Assembly (NCBI GenBank): GCA_040755455.1
Contig: JBFMAY010000008.1
Coordinates: 1-64,000, forward strand
Source: Thermodesulfobacteriota bacterium
GTDB lineage: Bacteria > Desulfobacterota > Desulfobulbia > Desulfobulbales > SURF-16
Reading direction: 5' to 3'
Length of the DNA: 64,000 bases
Shown: positions 10,875-20,466 of the stretch, one piece after another
Layout: each line of letters starts with the position of its first letter
Position numbering within the stretch: position 1 is the stretch's first letter
Translations under genes and position numbers: made by a program
The notes under the pieces: model-generated
The model's database searches: none
Told to the model about the DNA's origin: nothing
What the model saw: the letters and a program-made list of their open reading frames with translations, nothing else

Positions 10875-11762
10875 CTATTTTTTCAAGAGTTTGCTTATGG
10901 ACAGCAGGCTGCCCAGGGTGCAGAGCATGATGCTGCCGAGCAGAATACTGGCGCTGTCGGTCATGGGCAGGAAGCGTAACTCGAGCATATTCATGAAGCC
11001 CGCACTGCTGAAGTGATTCTTGATCCATTGAAAGAGAAAAAAGAGGGCCGCCAGGCCAATGCTTGAGCCCAAGAGCCCTAGGGCAAAGCCTTCAATCACT
11101 ACCGGGCCCTTGATGTAACTGTTGGTCGCGCCCAGATATCTGAGGACTTTCAGCTCATCCTCGCGGGCATAGAGGGTCAGCCGCAGGGTATAGGATACCA
11201 TGAACATGGTGGTGAGAATGAGCAGGGTGCCGCTGATGATGACGATGAAGCGCAGCAGCTTGATAAAATGTCCGAACCGTTCAACCCAGGCCTGGCCATA
11301 TTGGACTTTCTGCGCCCCCGGCAGATTTTTCAGATAATCGGAAAACTCCTTGATCCTGGTGAGATTGCCGATGTCCTTATGGGGATAGATTTCGGCCGAG
11401 TAGGGCAGAAAGGCGGGGCTGAGGTCGGCCAGGACATCACTGTCGCCGCCGAGCTGTTTCGCCAGACGTTGAAAGGCCTGTTCCGGAGTGATGAAAACGA
11501 TCTTTTCCACCTTGCCGAAACTATCGATTTTTTTCTTGAATTCTTCCTGCTCCACAGGGGTTAGCGGTGATTGCAGATACACGGTGAGCCGCAGTTCTTC
11601 CCCCAGGTTCTCAGCCGCCTGCAGCATATTGGTGTAGATCAGGTAAAAAAACGAGAAGATAAGCACGGAGAGGGTGACGGTCAGCAGGGTCATCAGCTGT
11701 ACCCCCCAGGAGTGCCAGATGTTCCGCAGGGTCTGGGTGAAGATAAATGTGAGAAATCGCAT
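10875..11762 (-). CDS. ftsX: Cell division permease
   Basis: Four TM segments, T.RLT..AR.DE..V...LGAT..YI..P...EG; adjacent to ftsE. Confidence 0.92.
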   Translation of the reverse strand: MRFLTFIFTQTLRNIWHSWGVQLMTLLTVTLSVLIFSFFYLIYTNMLQAAENLGEELRLTVYLQSPLTPVEQEEFKKKIDSFGKVEKIVFITPEQAFQRLAKQLGGDSDVLADLSPAFLPYSAEIYPHKDIGNLTRIKEFSDYLKNLPGAQKVQYGQAWVERFGHFIKLLRFIVIISGTLLILTTMFMVSYTLRLTLYAREDELKVLRYLGATNSYIKGPVVIEGFALGLLGSSIGLAALFFLFQWIKNHFSSAGFMNMLELRFLPMTDSASILLGSIMLCTLGSLLSISKLLKK

Positions 11763-11812
11763 GGTGTGCCTCGAAATGTGAGCAGCCTTCAGTCAACATG
11801 AGCTGTGGGTTG

Positions 11813-11865
11813 AGGGGCCGTGACGAAATAATCATGACATCTCTAACCATTTCGTAAGAGCCCCT
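11813..11865. repeat. 53-bp element bounded by imperfect 17-bp inverted repeats (possible MITE/IS remnant)
   Basis: AGGGGCCGTGACGAAAT ... ATTTCGTAAGAGCCCCT in the ftsE-ftsX gap. Confidence 0.4.
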
Positions 11866-11913
11866 TATGCCGGTCACCGCATTGGGATGTTACAGTTATT
11901 CTTCAGCAACGGC

Positions 11914-12612
11914 TTAATATAATTCCCCCTGTTGCAGCTCGAATTTCCGGTGGTTGGTTCCTTGATAGATTGATTCATCATGGGTGGCGATGATAATGGT
12001 TGATCCGTTTTCATTCAGTTCCCGGAAAAGCTCCATTACCAGGCCGGTTGATCCCGCATCCAGATTGCCCGTGGGTTCGTCGGCCAGCAGCAGCAGCGGC
12101 GAGTTGGCTGCCGCCCTGGCAATGGCGACCCGCTGTTGTTCCCCTCGGGAGAGTTTGCCCGCCGGTTTGTTCTGCTTTGGGCTGAGGCCGAGTTTTGCCA
12201 GCAGTTCTGTTACCCGATGGCGTATTTCCCTTGGACTCTTGAACTGGACCTCCATGGGCATGGCGATGTTCTGAAAAACCGACAGCCGGGGCAGGAGTTT
12301 GAAATCCTGGTAGGCAACGCCGATGCGCTGCCGCAGTTTCTGGATATCGTTGGCTGATAGGGTGTTTAAATCGCTGCCGTCTATCTCAATCAGCCCCTTG
12401 GTGGGGATTTCCTGGCGGCAGAGGAGCTTGAGCAGGGTTGTTTTGCCTGCGCCGCTGGGGCCGGTGAGAAATATGAGTTCCCCCTTTTCAGCGCTGAGTG
12501 ATACGTTTCTCAGGGCCACGACATCCGGCGGATAAATTTTTGTCACCTTGACGACTTCCACCAATGCGGGTTTATCACGAGCAGAAAGGGATTCGTTGAG
12601 ATTTTCTATCAT
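11914..12612 (-). CDS. ftsE: Cell division ATP-binding protein
   Basis: GPSGAGKTT, IGVAYQDFKLL, LS.GEQQRVAIARA, ADEPTGNLD; upstream of ftsX. Confidence 0.92.
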   Translation of the reverse strand: MIENLNESLSARDKPALVEVVKVTKIYPPDVVALRNVSLSAEKGELIFLTGPSGAGKTTLLKLLCRQEIPTKGLIEIDGSDLNTLSANDIQKLRQRIGVAYQDFKLLPRLSVFQNIAMPMEVQFKSPREIRHRVTELLAKLGLSPKQNKPAGKLSRGEQQRVAIARAAANSPLLLLADEPTGNLDAGSTGLVMELFRELNENGSTIIIATHDESIYQGTNHRKFELQQGELY

Positions 12613-12772
12613 GGTCGAGTTCTTGGCAAAAAAAGTAAAAGTTGAATTACTTTAAACTGTTTTTAAAAAAAATTGACACCTTTTTCCTGTATATTGTATA
12701 CCAAAAGTACGTAATAATTGAAAATTTATTTCAGATTTCCTCCAGTCAAAATATTCAACAAGCGAGCACCCC

Positions 12773-13789
12773 TTGGACGAAGCTCTTCCGGAAGAAAATA
12801 ACGCAAAGGAACTCCCCGTATCCTCCTTTTATCCGCGTATTATCGGGCAGAGCAAGATTCTGCTTGATGTTTTTGATATCATAGAAAAGGTGCGCAACAC
12901 CAATACCACGGTCCTCATCCAGGGGGAAAGCGGTACCGGCAAAGAACTCATCGCCCAGGCCCTGCATTATGGCAGCGAGAGAAAAAACGGCCCTTTTGTG
13001 CCGGTGAACTGCGGGGCCATCCCTGGCGAGCTGCTGGAAAGTGAGCTGTTCGGCCATGAGAAGGGAGCCTTTACCCACGCCATCCGCACCCGTCTGGGCC
13101 GTTTCGAGCTGGCTGACGGCGGAACGGTTTTTCTTGATGAGGTGGCGGAGATGAGTCCCATGCTGCAGGTGAAGCTGCTGCGTGTGCTGCAGGAAAAGCG
13201 GTTTGAGCGGATCGGCGGCACCAAAACCATCATCTCCGATTTCCGGGTCATCGCCGCCACCAACAAGGAGCTTGAAGAAGAGGTTGGCAAAGGCCGCTTC
13301 AGGGAGGATCTCTATTACCGGTTGACGGTAGTTCCCATCAAGGTGCCCTGCCTGCGTGACCGGATTGCCGATATCCCGTTGCTGGTGGACTATTTTATCG
13401 AGAAATTCAACAGGTCCAAGAAAAGGGCGATCGCGGGCATTACCCGGGAGGCCATGGGCCATCTGCTCCACTATCCCTGGCCGGGCAATGTGCGTGAGCT
13501 GGAAAATGTCGTGGAAAGGATGGTTCTTCTCAGTCCGGGCGAGCGCATTGACTGTGCGGATTTGCCCCCGCGGATTCTCAAACCAGAGCAGCGGGTTGAA
13601 CAGAACGGCGAGATTCCCGGCCAGGGCTTCTGTTTGAGTGAGCAGGTGGCTGAGTTTGAGAAACGTCTGATTATCCAGGCCATGGAACAGACCAATTGGG
13701 TGAAAAACCGGGCAGCCAAACTGCTCAATGTTAACCGGACCACCTTGCTTGAAAAGATGAAGCGGTATGGAATTGAAAAAGAAGATTAA
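12773..13789 (+). CDS. Sigma54 enhancer-binding protein with AAA+ and HTH only (FleQ/FlrA-like position)
   Basis: [46 protein letters not shown]-terminal Fis HTH; no N-terminal sensor domain. Confidence 0.88.
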   Translation: MDEALPEENNAKELPVSSFYPRIIGQSKILLDVFDIIEKVRNTNTTVLIQGESGTGKELIAQALHYGSERKNGPFVPVNCGAIPGELLESELFGHEKGAFTHAIRTRLGRFELADGGTVFLDEVAEMSPMLQVKLLRVLQEKRFERIGGTKTIISDFRVIAATNKELEEEVGKGRFREDLYYRLTVVPIKVPCLRDRIADIPLLVDYFIEKFNRSKKRAIAGITREAMGHLLHYPWPGNVRELENVVERMVLLSPGERIDCADLPPRILKPEQRVEQNGEIPGQGFCLSEQVAEFEKRLIIQAMEQTNWVKNRAAKLLNVNRTTLLEKMKRYGIEKED

Positions 13790-15884
13790 GTATCCAGCCC
13801 TTTCTTCCAGGCGAAAGCCCGCTGCTTTCTCCTTTTGTGCCTTCCTGTCCCTGTTGCTGTTTCTTGGCTGTTTTTCCCCTGCTCTTTGCGAGGTGGCGGC
13901 TGCCGGGAAAAGTGAGGAGAAGATCTCCAAGGAGCAGTTGCGGCAGCGGGAGGAAAAATTATGGCAGGACGCTGACCGGGATTTTCAGGCCGGCAAGGAT
14001 CAGGAGGCGGCTGATTTTTTTTTACAGTATTATAGGCAGTATCCCGATTCGCCTCGGGCGGAAGAGGCTTTATGGAAGGCGGCAAATCTCGCGCGGGAGC
14101 TTTCCCTTGATCGCCCGGATGCTGACTGGCTGAAAGTTCAGGAATTGTTCCGCTCCTTTACCATTGATTATCCGCAATCCTCCCATCTGCCTGATGCTTA
14201 CTACGAAGTGGCAAACGCCTATTACCAGATGCGTTTCTATCGTGAGGCACTCACCTATTTCGGCCTTTTTATCAAGCGTTTTGCCGATTCGCCGCGAGTA
14301 AACGAGGCCATGTCCATGAAGGCGCGCATCTTGCTGAAAGTCGGGCGGCTGGAGGATGCGGCCCGCGTTTACCGGGAGCTTGAGCAAAGCGCTGATGAGG
14401 TGGGTAACTTGCGCGGCCAGGCAGGGCTGGCCCATATTGATCTGGTCAAGGGCAAATTTCAGGAGGCACTTGCCGTTTATCTGAAAATTCTTAAAAAAAG
14501 GCCTTCCTTTTATATCGACGATCCGGAAGTGCTGCATAACAAAGGCCTTGCCAATCTGCGGGTGGGCAAGGCCCAGGAGGGCCGCAAAGACCTGCTGCAG
14601 TATCTGAATATAGCCGGAGACGAGGCCGCCCGACCCGATATTCTCTTTGAGCTTGGTGAAAGTTATATGGCCGATGGCCACAGGCAAATGGCCAGAAGAA
14701 TTTACGAACAGGTCATCGAGGAAGGGGGCAAGGATGACAGGCCTGTGGTGCTGAGCAGGTTGCGTTTGGCCCAGGAGGCATCGGCCCCCCCTGAGGCGCC
14801 ATCGGCTGACACCAAGGAAAAGGTGGTTCCGCCTGAAAACGACAAGGCTTTTCAGGACGTGCTTGACCTCCATTATCAAGACCCTACCAGTCAGGATGCC
14901 CGGTTTGAGCTGGTGAGAAGATACTGGCAGAGAAAAGAGTACGATCAGGCGTATAACATGGGCAAGGCCTATTTCCGTAACGAACCAGCGGCGGCGGAGA
15001 AACAGGGGGAGGTCGTGGATATCATGGGGCAGATCCTGGCCATGCGGATGACCGGGCTCTTTCAGGAGAGGAAATTTGCCGCAGTCTATCAGACATACAA
15101 GGACGAATATCCTTATGTGCAGCTCTACAAACGGGCGACATTGCTTTTTTTCACCGGCCGTGCCCTGGAGGAGATGGGGCTTTACGGGCAGGCCAGTGTC
15201 ATCTATTACCGGGCCATGGCCCTTGCGCTGACCGATGAGGAGCAGCTTGATCTCTATATTCATCGCGCCCAGACCTATCTGGCCGATAATGATATCAAAT
15301 CCGCCCAGCGGCTGCTCAAGTACCTGCGCAAGATTTATGCTGCCGATGCGGCGATGGGGGAGGTCTGTTTCCTCTCCGGCCATCTGCGTGAGAAGCAGAA
15401 ACGCAGCAGGGACGCCTTGAAATTTTATCAAATCGCGGTGGAGAAACCAACCTTTGCCGAAAAGAAAAATAAATACGCGGCGGATTATTTAAGGCTGCTT
15501 TTTGAGGTGGATGAAATCCGGGAAAAGGCCTCGATCCTTGACACCTTCCAGCGGGAAAACTGGCTGCCGCCTAATGACTTGCAGTACTGGTACGGCAAGC
15601 TGGCGGAAAGATACCGGAAGGACAATCAGCTGGAAAAGGCAAGGGGTGCCTATCTTGCCGCCTTGGGGGAGAAAATGCCCCAGGATAATGAAGCAGCTCA
15701 GATGTTCCAGCTCAACCTGGGCGATGTCCTGCTTGCCCTGGGTAAAAGAGAAGAGGCCATGGCGTATTTCCGCAAGGCGTTGGCGGGGGCGGACAGTCTG
15801 GTCAAAAAACTGGCGCAGCAGCGTTTGACCCAGGAAGACATCAACCGGGCCATGGCAGATACTGAAGCGGTTATGAAAAATTAA
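13767..15884 (+). CDS. Exported TPR protein in the flagellar cluster
   Basis: Hydrophobic N-terminal signal; repeated YP.S...A.Y-type TPR helices; exact start uncertain. Confidence 0.8.
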   Translation: MELKKKIKYPALSSRRKPAAFSFCAFLSLLLFLGCFSPALCEVAAAGKSEEKISKEQLRQREEKLWQDADRDFQAGKDQEAADFFLQYYRQYPDSPRAEEALWKAANLARELSLDRPDADWLKVQELFRSFTIDYPQSSHLPDAYYEVANAYYQMRFYREALTYFGLFIKRFADSPRVNEAMSMKARILLKVGRLEDAARVYRELEQSADEVGNLRGQAGLAHIDLVKGKFQEALAVYLKILKKRPSFYIDDPEVLHNKGLANLRVGKAQEGRKDLLQYLNIAGDEAARPDILFELGESYMADGHRQMARRIYEQVIEEGGKDDRPVVLSRLRLAQEASAPPEAPSADTKEKVVPPENDKAFQDVLDLHYQDPTSQDARFELVRRYWQRKEYDQAYNMGKAYFRNEPAAAEKQGEVVDIMGQILAMRMTGLFQERKFAAVYQTYKDEYPYVQLYKRATLLFFTGRALEEMGLYGQASVIYYRAMALALTDEEQLDLYIHRAQTYLADNDIKSAQRLLKYLRKIYAADAAMGEVCFLSGHLREKQKRSRDALKFYQIAVEKPTFAEKKNKYAADYLRLLFEVDEIREKASILDTFQRENWLPPNDLQYWYGKLAERYRKDNQLEKARGAYLAALGEKMPQDNEAAQMFQLNLGDVLLALGKREEAMAYFRKALAGADSLVKKLAQQRLTQEDINRAMADTEAVMKN

Positions 15885-15964
15885 ACTTGGTTGAAGAGTT
15901 GATTTGTGCACGGTTGCATGTTTCAATATACCTCATCTCAACCATCAATATTCAATAAGCGACA

Positions 15965-17383
15965 ATGACTGAAAAGTTGCGGAAAATTCTCATCGTAGAT
16001 GACGACCGTGAGTTGCGCATGGTCCTGTATGAGGTGCTCAACCGGCAGGGCCACGGGGTCAGCGTTGCCGAGAACGGCACCATGGCCCTGGAGATATTCG
16101 AAAAGAACCCGGCTGATCTGGTCATCACCGACATCAACATGCCGGAAATGGGCGGGCTGGAGCTGCTGCGCCGCCTCCATGCCAGCCGGCCGGAACTGCC
16201 GGTGGTGATCATAACCGGACATGCCACGGTGGAAACCGCGGTCTCGGCCATGAAACTCGGCGCCTTTGATTATCTGCTCAAGCCCTTTCCCGTTGACATC
16301 ATTGTGGAAATCGCGGCCCGCGCCTTTGCCGCGGGGATGCCGAAAAAAGACGGGGGCCCGGCCCGGGAAAATAACAATGAGGCCTTTAAGAAGAGGCCCA
16401 TTGTCGGCACTGATCCGAAACTTGCCAGGGTCTTGCAGAAGGCGAAAAGTGTCGCCTCCAGCAAGGCCACGGTGCTGATCCTCGGGGAATCGGGGACCGG
16501 CAAGGAGATGATCGCACGTTTCATCCATGATGAGAGCAAGCGCCGGGAGGGGCCGTTTGTGGCCTTGAACTGCGCGGCTTTGCCGGAAGGGCTGCTGGAA
16601 AGCGAGCTGTTCGGCCATGAAAAGGGGGCTTTTACCGGGGCGATTTATGCCAAAAAAGGCAAATTTGAGCTGGCTGACGGCGGAACGCTCCTGCTTGATG
16701 AGATCGCCGAGATCCCTCTGCATCTGCAGGCCAAGCTGCTGCGTGTTCTCCAGGAAGAGGAGGTTGACCGTCTTGGCGGCAAGTCCCCTGTCAAGGTGGA
16801 TGTGCATGTGGTGGCCACCACCAATAGAAATCTGGAGGAATCGGTCAAGAACGGGGAGTTCCGGCAGGACCTCTATTATCGGTTAAATGTCATTCCTCTG
16901 ACCCTGCCTCCTTTACGGGAAAGGAAAGATGATATCGACCGGCTTGCCGAATATTTTATCGAGAGATTCTCCCGGCAGTATGGCAAGGATGTCAAAAAAA
17001 TGTCAAAGGCGTCCTGCCGGCGTTTTGTCCAGTATGGCTGGCCGGGGAATATTCGGGAGATGGAAAACCTGGTGGAGCGGGCAGTGCTGCTCTCTTTGAC
17101 CGACGAGCTGGAACCATGGGACTTCTGGGACGAAGAAACGGACGGCGCAGGCCTTGATATCGCGCCAGCTTACCCCGCTGAAGCAGAAACCTTTCCGCCC
17201 CTCCCGGCGGAAGAAGGGAATGGCGCCCTGACAAGTCTCAGGGATGTTGAGCGTCAAATGATCATGCAGGCCCTTCAAAAAACTGACGATAATCGAACCC
17301 ATGCGGCCAGGATGCTGGGTATCAGTGTCCGCACCCTGCGCAACAAACTCCATGAATACCGCTCTCAGGGGTTAATTGACTGA
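15965..17383 (+). CDS. Sigma54-dependent response regulator (REC-AAA+-HTH; FleR/FlrC-like)
   Basis: ILIVDDD, ITDINMP, DYLLKP receiver; [28 protein letters not shown]; directly upstream of flgB. Confidence 0.9.
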   Translation: MTEKLRKILIVDDDRELRMVLYEVLNRQGHGVSVAENGTMALEIFEKNPADLVITDINMPEMGGLELLRRLHASRPELPVVIITGHATVETAVSAMKLGAFDYLLKPFPVDIIVEIAARAFAAGMPKKDGGPARENNNEAFKKRPIVGTDPKLARVLQKAKSVASSKATVLILGESGTGKEMIARFIHDESKRREGPFVALNCAALPEGLLESELFGHEKGAFTGAIYAKKGKFELADGGTLLLDEIAEIPLHLQAKLLRVLQEEEVDRLGGKSPVKVDVHVVATTNRNLEESVKNGEFRQDLYYRLNVIPLTLPPLRERKDDIDRLAEYFIERFSRQYGKDVKKMSKASCRRFVQYGWPGNIREMENLVERAVLLSLTDELEPWDFWDEETDGAGLDIAPAYPAEAETFPPLPAEEGNGALTSLRDVERQMIMQALQKTDDNRTHAARMLGISVRTLRNKLHEYRSQGLID

Positions 17384-17470
17384 TTTTTTTCGGTTTCTTT
17401 TCTCTGTTTTCCTTTTTTCCCCTTCTTGTTTATTCACTGAAATGCCCGTCCGCCAGGCCGCAGGTTGTGG

Positions 17471-17486
17471 AGGCATGTTATTTGCT
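17471..17486 (+). promoter_or_regulatory. Sigma54 -24/-12 promoter for the flgB operon
   Basis: AGGCATGTTATTTGCT: GG-N10-GC with GGCA and TTGC, about 45 bp upstream of flgB. Confidence 0.8.
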
Positions 17487-17530
17487 TTATCTCTCGGAAA
17501 AAGAACCATTTTGCGATGGAGGAGAAAATT

Positions 17531-17917
17531 ATGCCTATTAATAAACTGTTCGGCGACAGCATGAGGCACCTGGAGCAGGCGCTGAATCTCCGGTATGAGC
17601 GGCAGGGGCTTATCCAGTCGAACATTGCCAATATGGAGACGCCCGGATACACGGTTCAGGACTTTTCCTTTGAAAAGGCCATGGCAACGGCCAGGTTCAA
17701 CCAGGGGACGCTGAGCCGTACCCACCGCAAACATATTGATCTTGACCCGGTGGCTGCCAGTCAGAGCCAGGAGTTTTCCAAGGAGAAGAGACCCGTTGAT
17801 CTGGATGAAGAGATGGTCAAGCTGACGGAAAACCAGATGATGTATGAAATCGTGACCAGGTTGATGGGTAAAAAGGTTGACGGCATCAAGTACGCCATAG
17901 ATGAAGGAGGCAAGTAA
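17531..17917 (+). CDS. flgB: Flagellar basal body rod protein
   Basis: R..LI.SNIAN.ETPGY, T...HI, VDLDEEM..L.EN...Y. Confidence 0.92.
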   Translation: MPINKLFGDSMRHLEQALNLRYERQGLIQSNIANMETPGYTVQDFSFEKAMATARFNQGTLSRTHRKHIDLDPVAASQSQEFSKEKRPVDLDEEMVKLTENQMMYEIVTRLMGKKVDGIKYAIDEGGK

Positions 17918-17919
17918 TC

Positions 17920-18354
17920 ATGGATATCCTGACTGCGCTTAAGATAAGCGGCTCCGGCCTGAAGGCTGAAAGGGCGCGGCTTAATGTGACGGCAATGAAT
18001 CTGGCCAATGCCAACACGACCAGGACCATCGAGGGAGGACCGTACCGGGCAAAATCCGTGGTCTTTCAGGCCAAGCCCCTGAAGACGTTCCGGGATGTGC
18101 TCAATACCACCGAGGACAAGCTGCGGCAGGTGGAGGTGGTGGAGGTGGTGGAGGATAAAAAGGAGTTCAAGTCGGTTTACGATCCCTCCCATCCTGATGC
18201 CGATGAAAACGGCATCGTGCTCTTTCCCAATGTGGATGTGGAGGAGCAGATGGTGGACATGATCAGTGCCCGGCGCGGCTATGAAGCCAATGTCGCCGCC
18301 ATTGAGTCAGTGAAGAGCATGGCCATCAAGGCCCTTGATATTGCCAGAAGATAA
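17920..18354 (+). CDS. flgC: Flagellar basal body rod protein
   Basis: SGL.AER.R.N....NLANANTT, GPYR, YDPSHPDA, PNV...M.DMI.A.R.YEAN. Confidence 0.96.
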   Translation: MDILTALKISGSGLKAERARLNVTAMNLANANTTRTIEGGPYRAKSVVFQAKPLKTFRDVLNTTEDKLRQVEVVEVVEDKKEFKSVYDPSHPDADENGIVLFPNVDVEEQMVDMISARRGYEANVAAIESVKSMAIKALDIARR

Positions 18355-18404
18355 ACGGTAGACTGAAACAGTAGCAGGTGATTGCATACCTGCGGGAGAG
18401 AGAT

Positions 18405-18707
18405 ATGGAAACATTGCCGTTGTCGCCGGTGCGTTTTGGAGAAACACCTTCCATCGCTCAGGTGTCAAAAAAACAACAGGTAACAGGGACCGGTTTCGGT
18501 GAGGTGCTGCAGAAATCAATAGAAAGTGTCAACGCGGCCCAACTGGAGTCGGACGAACTGAGCCGGGGGCTAGCCGCCGGCGAGCATGGCAATATCCATG
18601 AAACAATGATTGCCATAGAAAAAGCCGGCATCTCCTTTAAGATGATGACCAGGGTGCAGCAGAAAGCCATTACCGCCTATCAGGACATGATGAGGATTCA
18701 GCTGTAG
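18405..18707 (+). CDS. fliE: Flagellar hook-basal body protein
   Basis: FGEVL..SI..VN..Q, IHETMIA.EKA, K.I.AYQD.MR.Q. Confidence 0.93.
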   Translation: METLPLSPVRFGETPSIAQVSKKQQVTGTGFGEVLQKSIESVNAAQLESDELSRGLAAGEHGNIHETMIAIEKAGISFKMMTRVQQKAITAYQDMMRIQL

Positions 18708-18864
18708 TTGGTCCAATTAGTCTTACTGGTCTGTCTGGTCTCCTTGGTCGGATTGGGCTGGTGGACGCGTTTGAGTCGGAGTGGTTTCTTTTGACCAGTA
18801 AGACCAGCAGGACCAGCAGGACCAGCCAGACCAGTAAGACTAATCAGACTAACAGGACAAATTG
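18708..18864. repeat. Two opposed arrays of 9-bp tandem repeats (GACCAGNNN) forming a long inverted repeat
   Basis: Eight units at 18793-18864 (gaccagtaa gaccagcag gaccagcag gaccagcca gaccagtaa gactaatca gactaacag gacaaattg); reverse-complement units at 18708-18750; 18716-18740 pairs with 18820-18844 with one mismatch. Confidence 0.9.
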
Positions 18865-20466
18865 ATGGCATCTGTTAAAGACATTTTCAATCAGGCAGTC
18901 TCGGTAGTAAAGAATCTCACCCTGCCCCAGAAAATCATTGCCGGCGTCCTTGTCGCCGGGGTTCTGGGCGGATTGATTTTTCTTTCCACCATGGGCGGCA
19001 AGACCGACTACAATGTTCTTTTCAGTGGCCTTTCCGCGGATGACGCCGGCAGTGTTGTTGCCAAACTCAAGGAGCAGAGAATCGATTATCAGCTGTCTGA
19101 GAGCGGTTCAGCCGTGCTTGTCCCTGCCGCCAAGGTCTATGAGACGCGGCTTAATCTGGCCGCCGAAGGGCTGCCGAGGGGGGGCGGGGTCGGGTTCGAG
19201 CTTTTTGACAAGACCAATCTCGGCACCACGGATTTTGTCCAGAAACTTAACTACCAGCGGGCCGTCCAGGGCGAGCTTGCCCGCACCATCCGGCAATTCA
19301 AGCAGGTAAAGGATGCCAGGGTGCATGTCGCCACCCCCAAGGAATCCGTCTTTGTCGAGGACACCAAGCCGCCCAGCGCCTCGGTGAGTCTCACCATGGC
19401 AGGGCAGGAGAAACTGGCCAAGGAGCAGATCATGGCCATTGTCCATCTGGTGGCCAGCGCTGTCCCCGGTTTGACCTCTGAAAATATTACCGTGGTTGAT
19501 ACCCAGGGCCGCCTGCTGTTCCGCAAGGAGGGTGACGATGTGTCCATGCTTTCCGCCACCCAGCTCGAATATCAGCTCAAGGTTGAGAATGCCTTGCGCA
19601 CCAAAGTGGAAAGCCTGCTGGAGGAGGTGGTCGGCGTCAACAAGGCGCTGGCGCGGGTGACGGTGGACATGGATTTCAACAAGGTGGACCTCACGGAGGA
19701 GAATTTTGATCCGGACGGCCAGGTCACCCGCAGTGAGCAACTGCTGATAGAGCAGGAAGGGGGAGAGAAGCCGGCTGCGGGCATTCCCGGAGTCAAGGGC
19801 GAGCTGGCCACCTTTAGCGAAACGGGAGGCGGCGCCGGGGGGGGGAAGAAGGAAGGTCCGTACAGAAAAAATATTACCAGAAATTACGAAATTTCCAAAA
19901 AAACACGGCACGTTCAGGAGTCGGTCGGGACGATCAAACGCCTGTCCGTGGCTGTCATGGTTGACGGCGTCTATGAGGAGAACAAGGATAAGGACGGCAA
20001 AAAAACGCTGGTATATAAACCCCGCAGCACCGAAGAGCTTGACCACTTTATCAAAATGACCCGCAATGCCATCGGCTTTGATCCGGAACGGGGAGACAAG
20101 GTGGAGGTGGTGGCCATGCCGTTTTATCTCTCATCGGTGGTGGAACCGGAGGCGGATCCTTTGGAAAAATGGCGAGGGCTGTTCGAGCATCTGGCAGTAC
20201 CGCTTGTCCTGCTGCTGGTGGCCGTTGCCTTCATCATGTTTGTCATTCGTCCCTTCATACGGCTGCTCAGCAATCAGCAGCTTGATGCCCAGCGCAAGGC
20301 GGAACTTGCTGCCCGGTCTGCCCTGAAAAAGGGGACGGAGGAGCAGGAGGATCTTTCCCTGACGCCCATTGGCATGACGGATAAGGAAAAGATGTACAAG
20401 CTGGCGCAAAGCGACCCGGAACGGGCGGCGGATCTGGTAAGGCGCTGGCTGCGCGAGGAGATGTAA
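18865..20466 (+). CDS. fliF: Flagellar MS-ring protein
   Basis: LFSGL...DAG.VV..L, GFELFD, YQRA..GELARTI, ARVH, NYEISK, RLSVAV.VDG, RGD.V.V. Confidence 0.96.
   Translation: MASVKDIFNQAVSVVKNLTLPQKIIAGVLVAGVLGGLIFLSTMGGKTDYNVLFSGLSADDAGSVVAKLKEQRIDYQLSESGSAVLVPAAKVYETRLNLAAEGLPRGGGVGFELFDKTNLGTTDFVQKLNYQRAVQGELARTIRQFKQVKDARVHVATPKESVFVEDTKPPSASVSLTMAGQEKLAKEQIMAIVHLVASAVPGLTSENITVVDTQGRLLFRKEGDDVSMLSATQLEYQLKVENALRTKVESLLEEVVGVNKALARVTVDMDFNKVDLTEENFDPDGQVTRSEQLLIEQEGGEKPAAGIPGVKGELATFSETGGGAGGGKKEGPYRKNITRNYEISKKTRHVQESVGTIKRLSVAVMVDGVYEENKDKDGKKTLVYKPRSTEELDHFIKMTRNAIGFDPERGDKVEVVAMPFYLSSVVEPEADPLEKWRGLFEHLAVPLVLLLVAVAFIMFVIRPFIRLLSNQQLDAQRKAELAARSALKKGTEEQEDLSLTPIGMTDKEKMYKLAQSDPERAADLVRRWLREEM

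Noticed and set aside
18793..18864. Possible CRISPR array
   Set aside because: Units are 9 bp and contiguous with no unique spacers; no cas genes in the window
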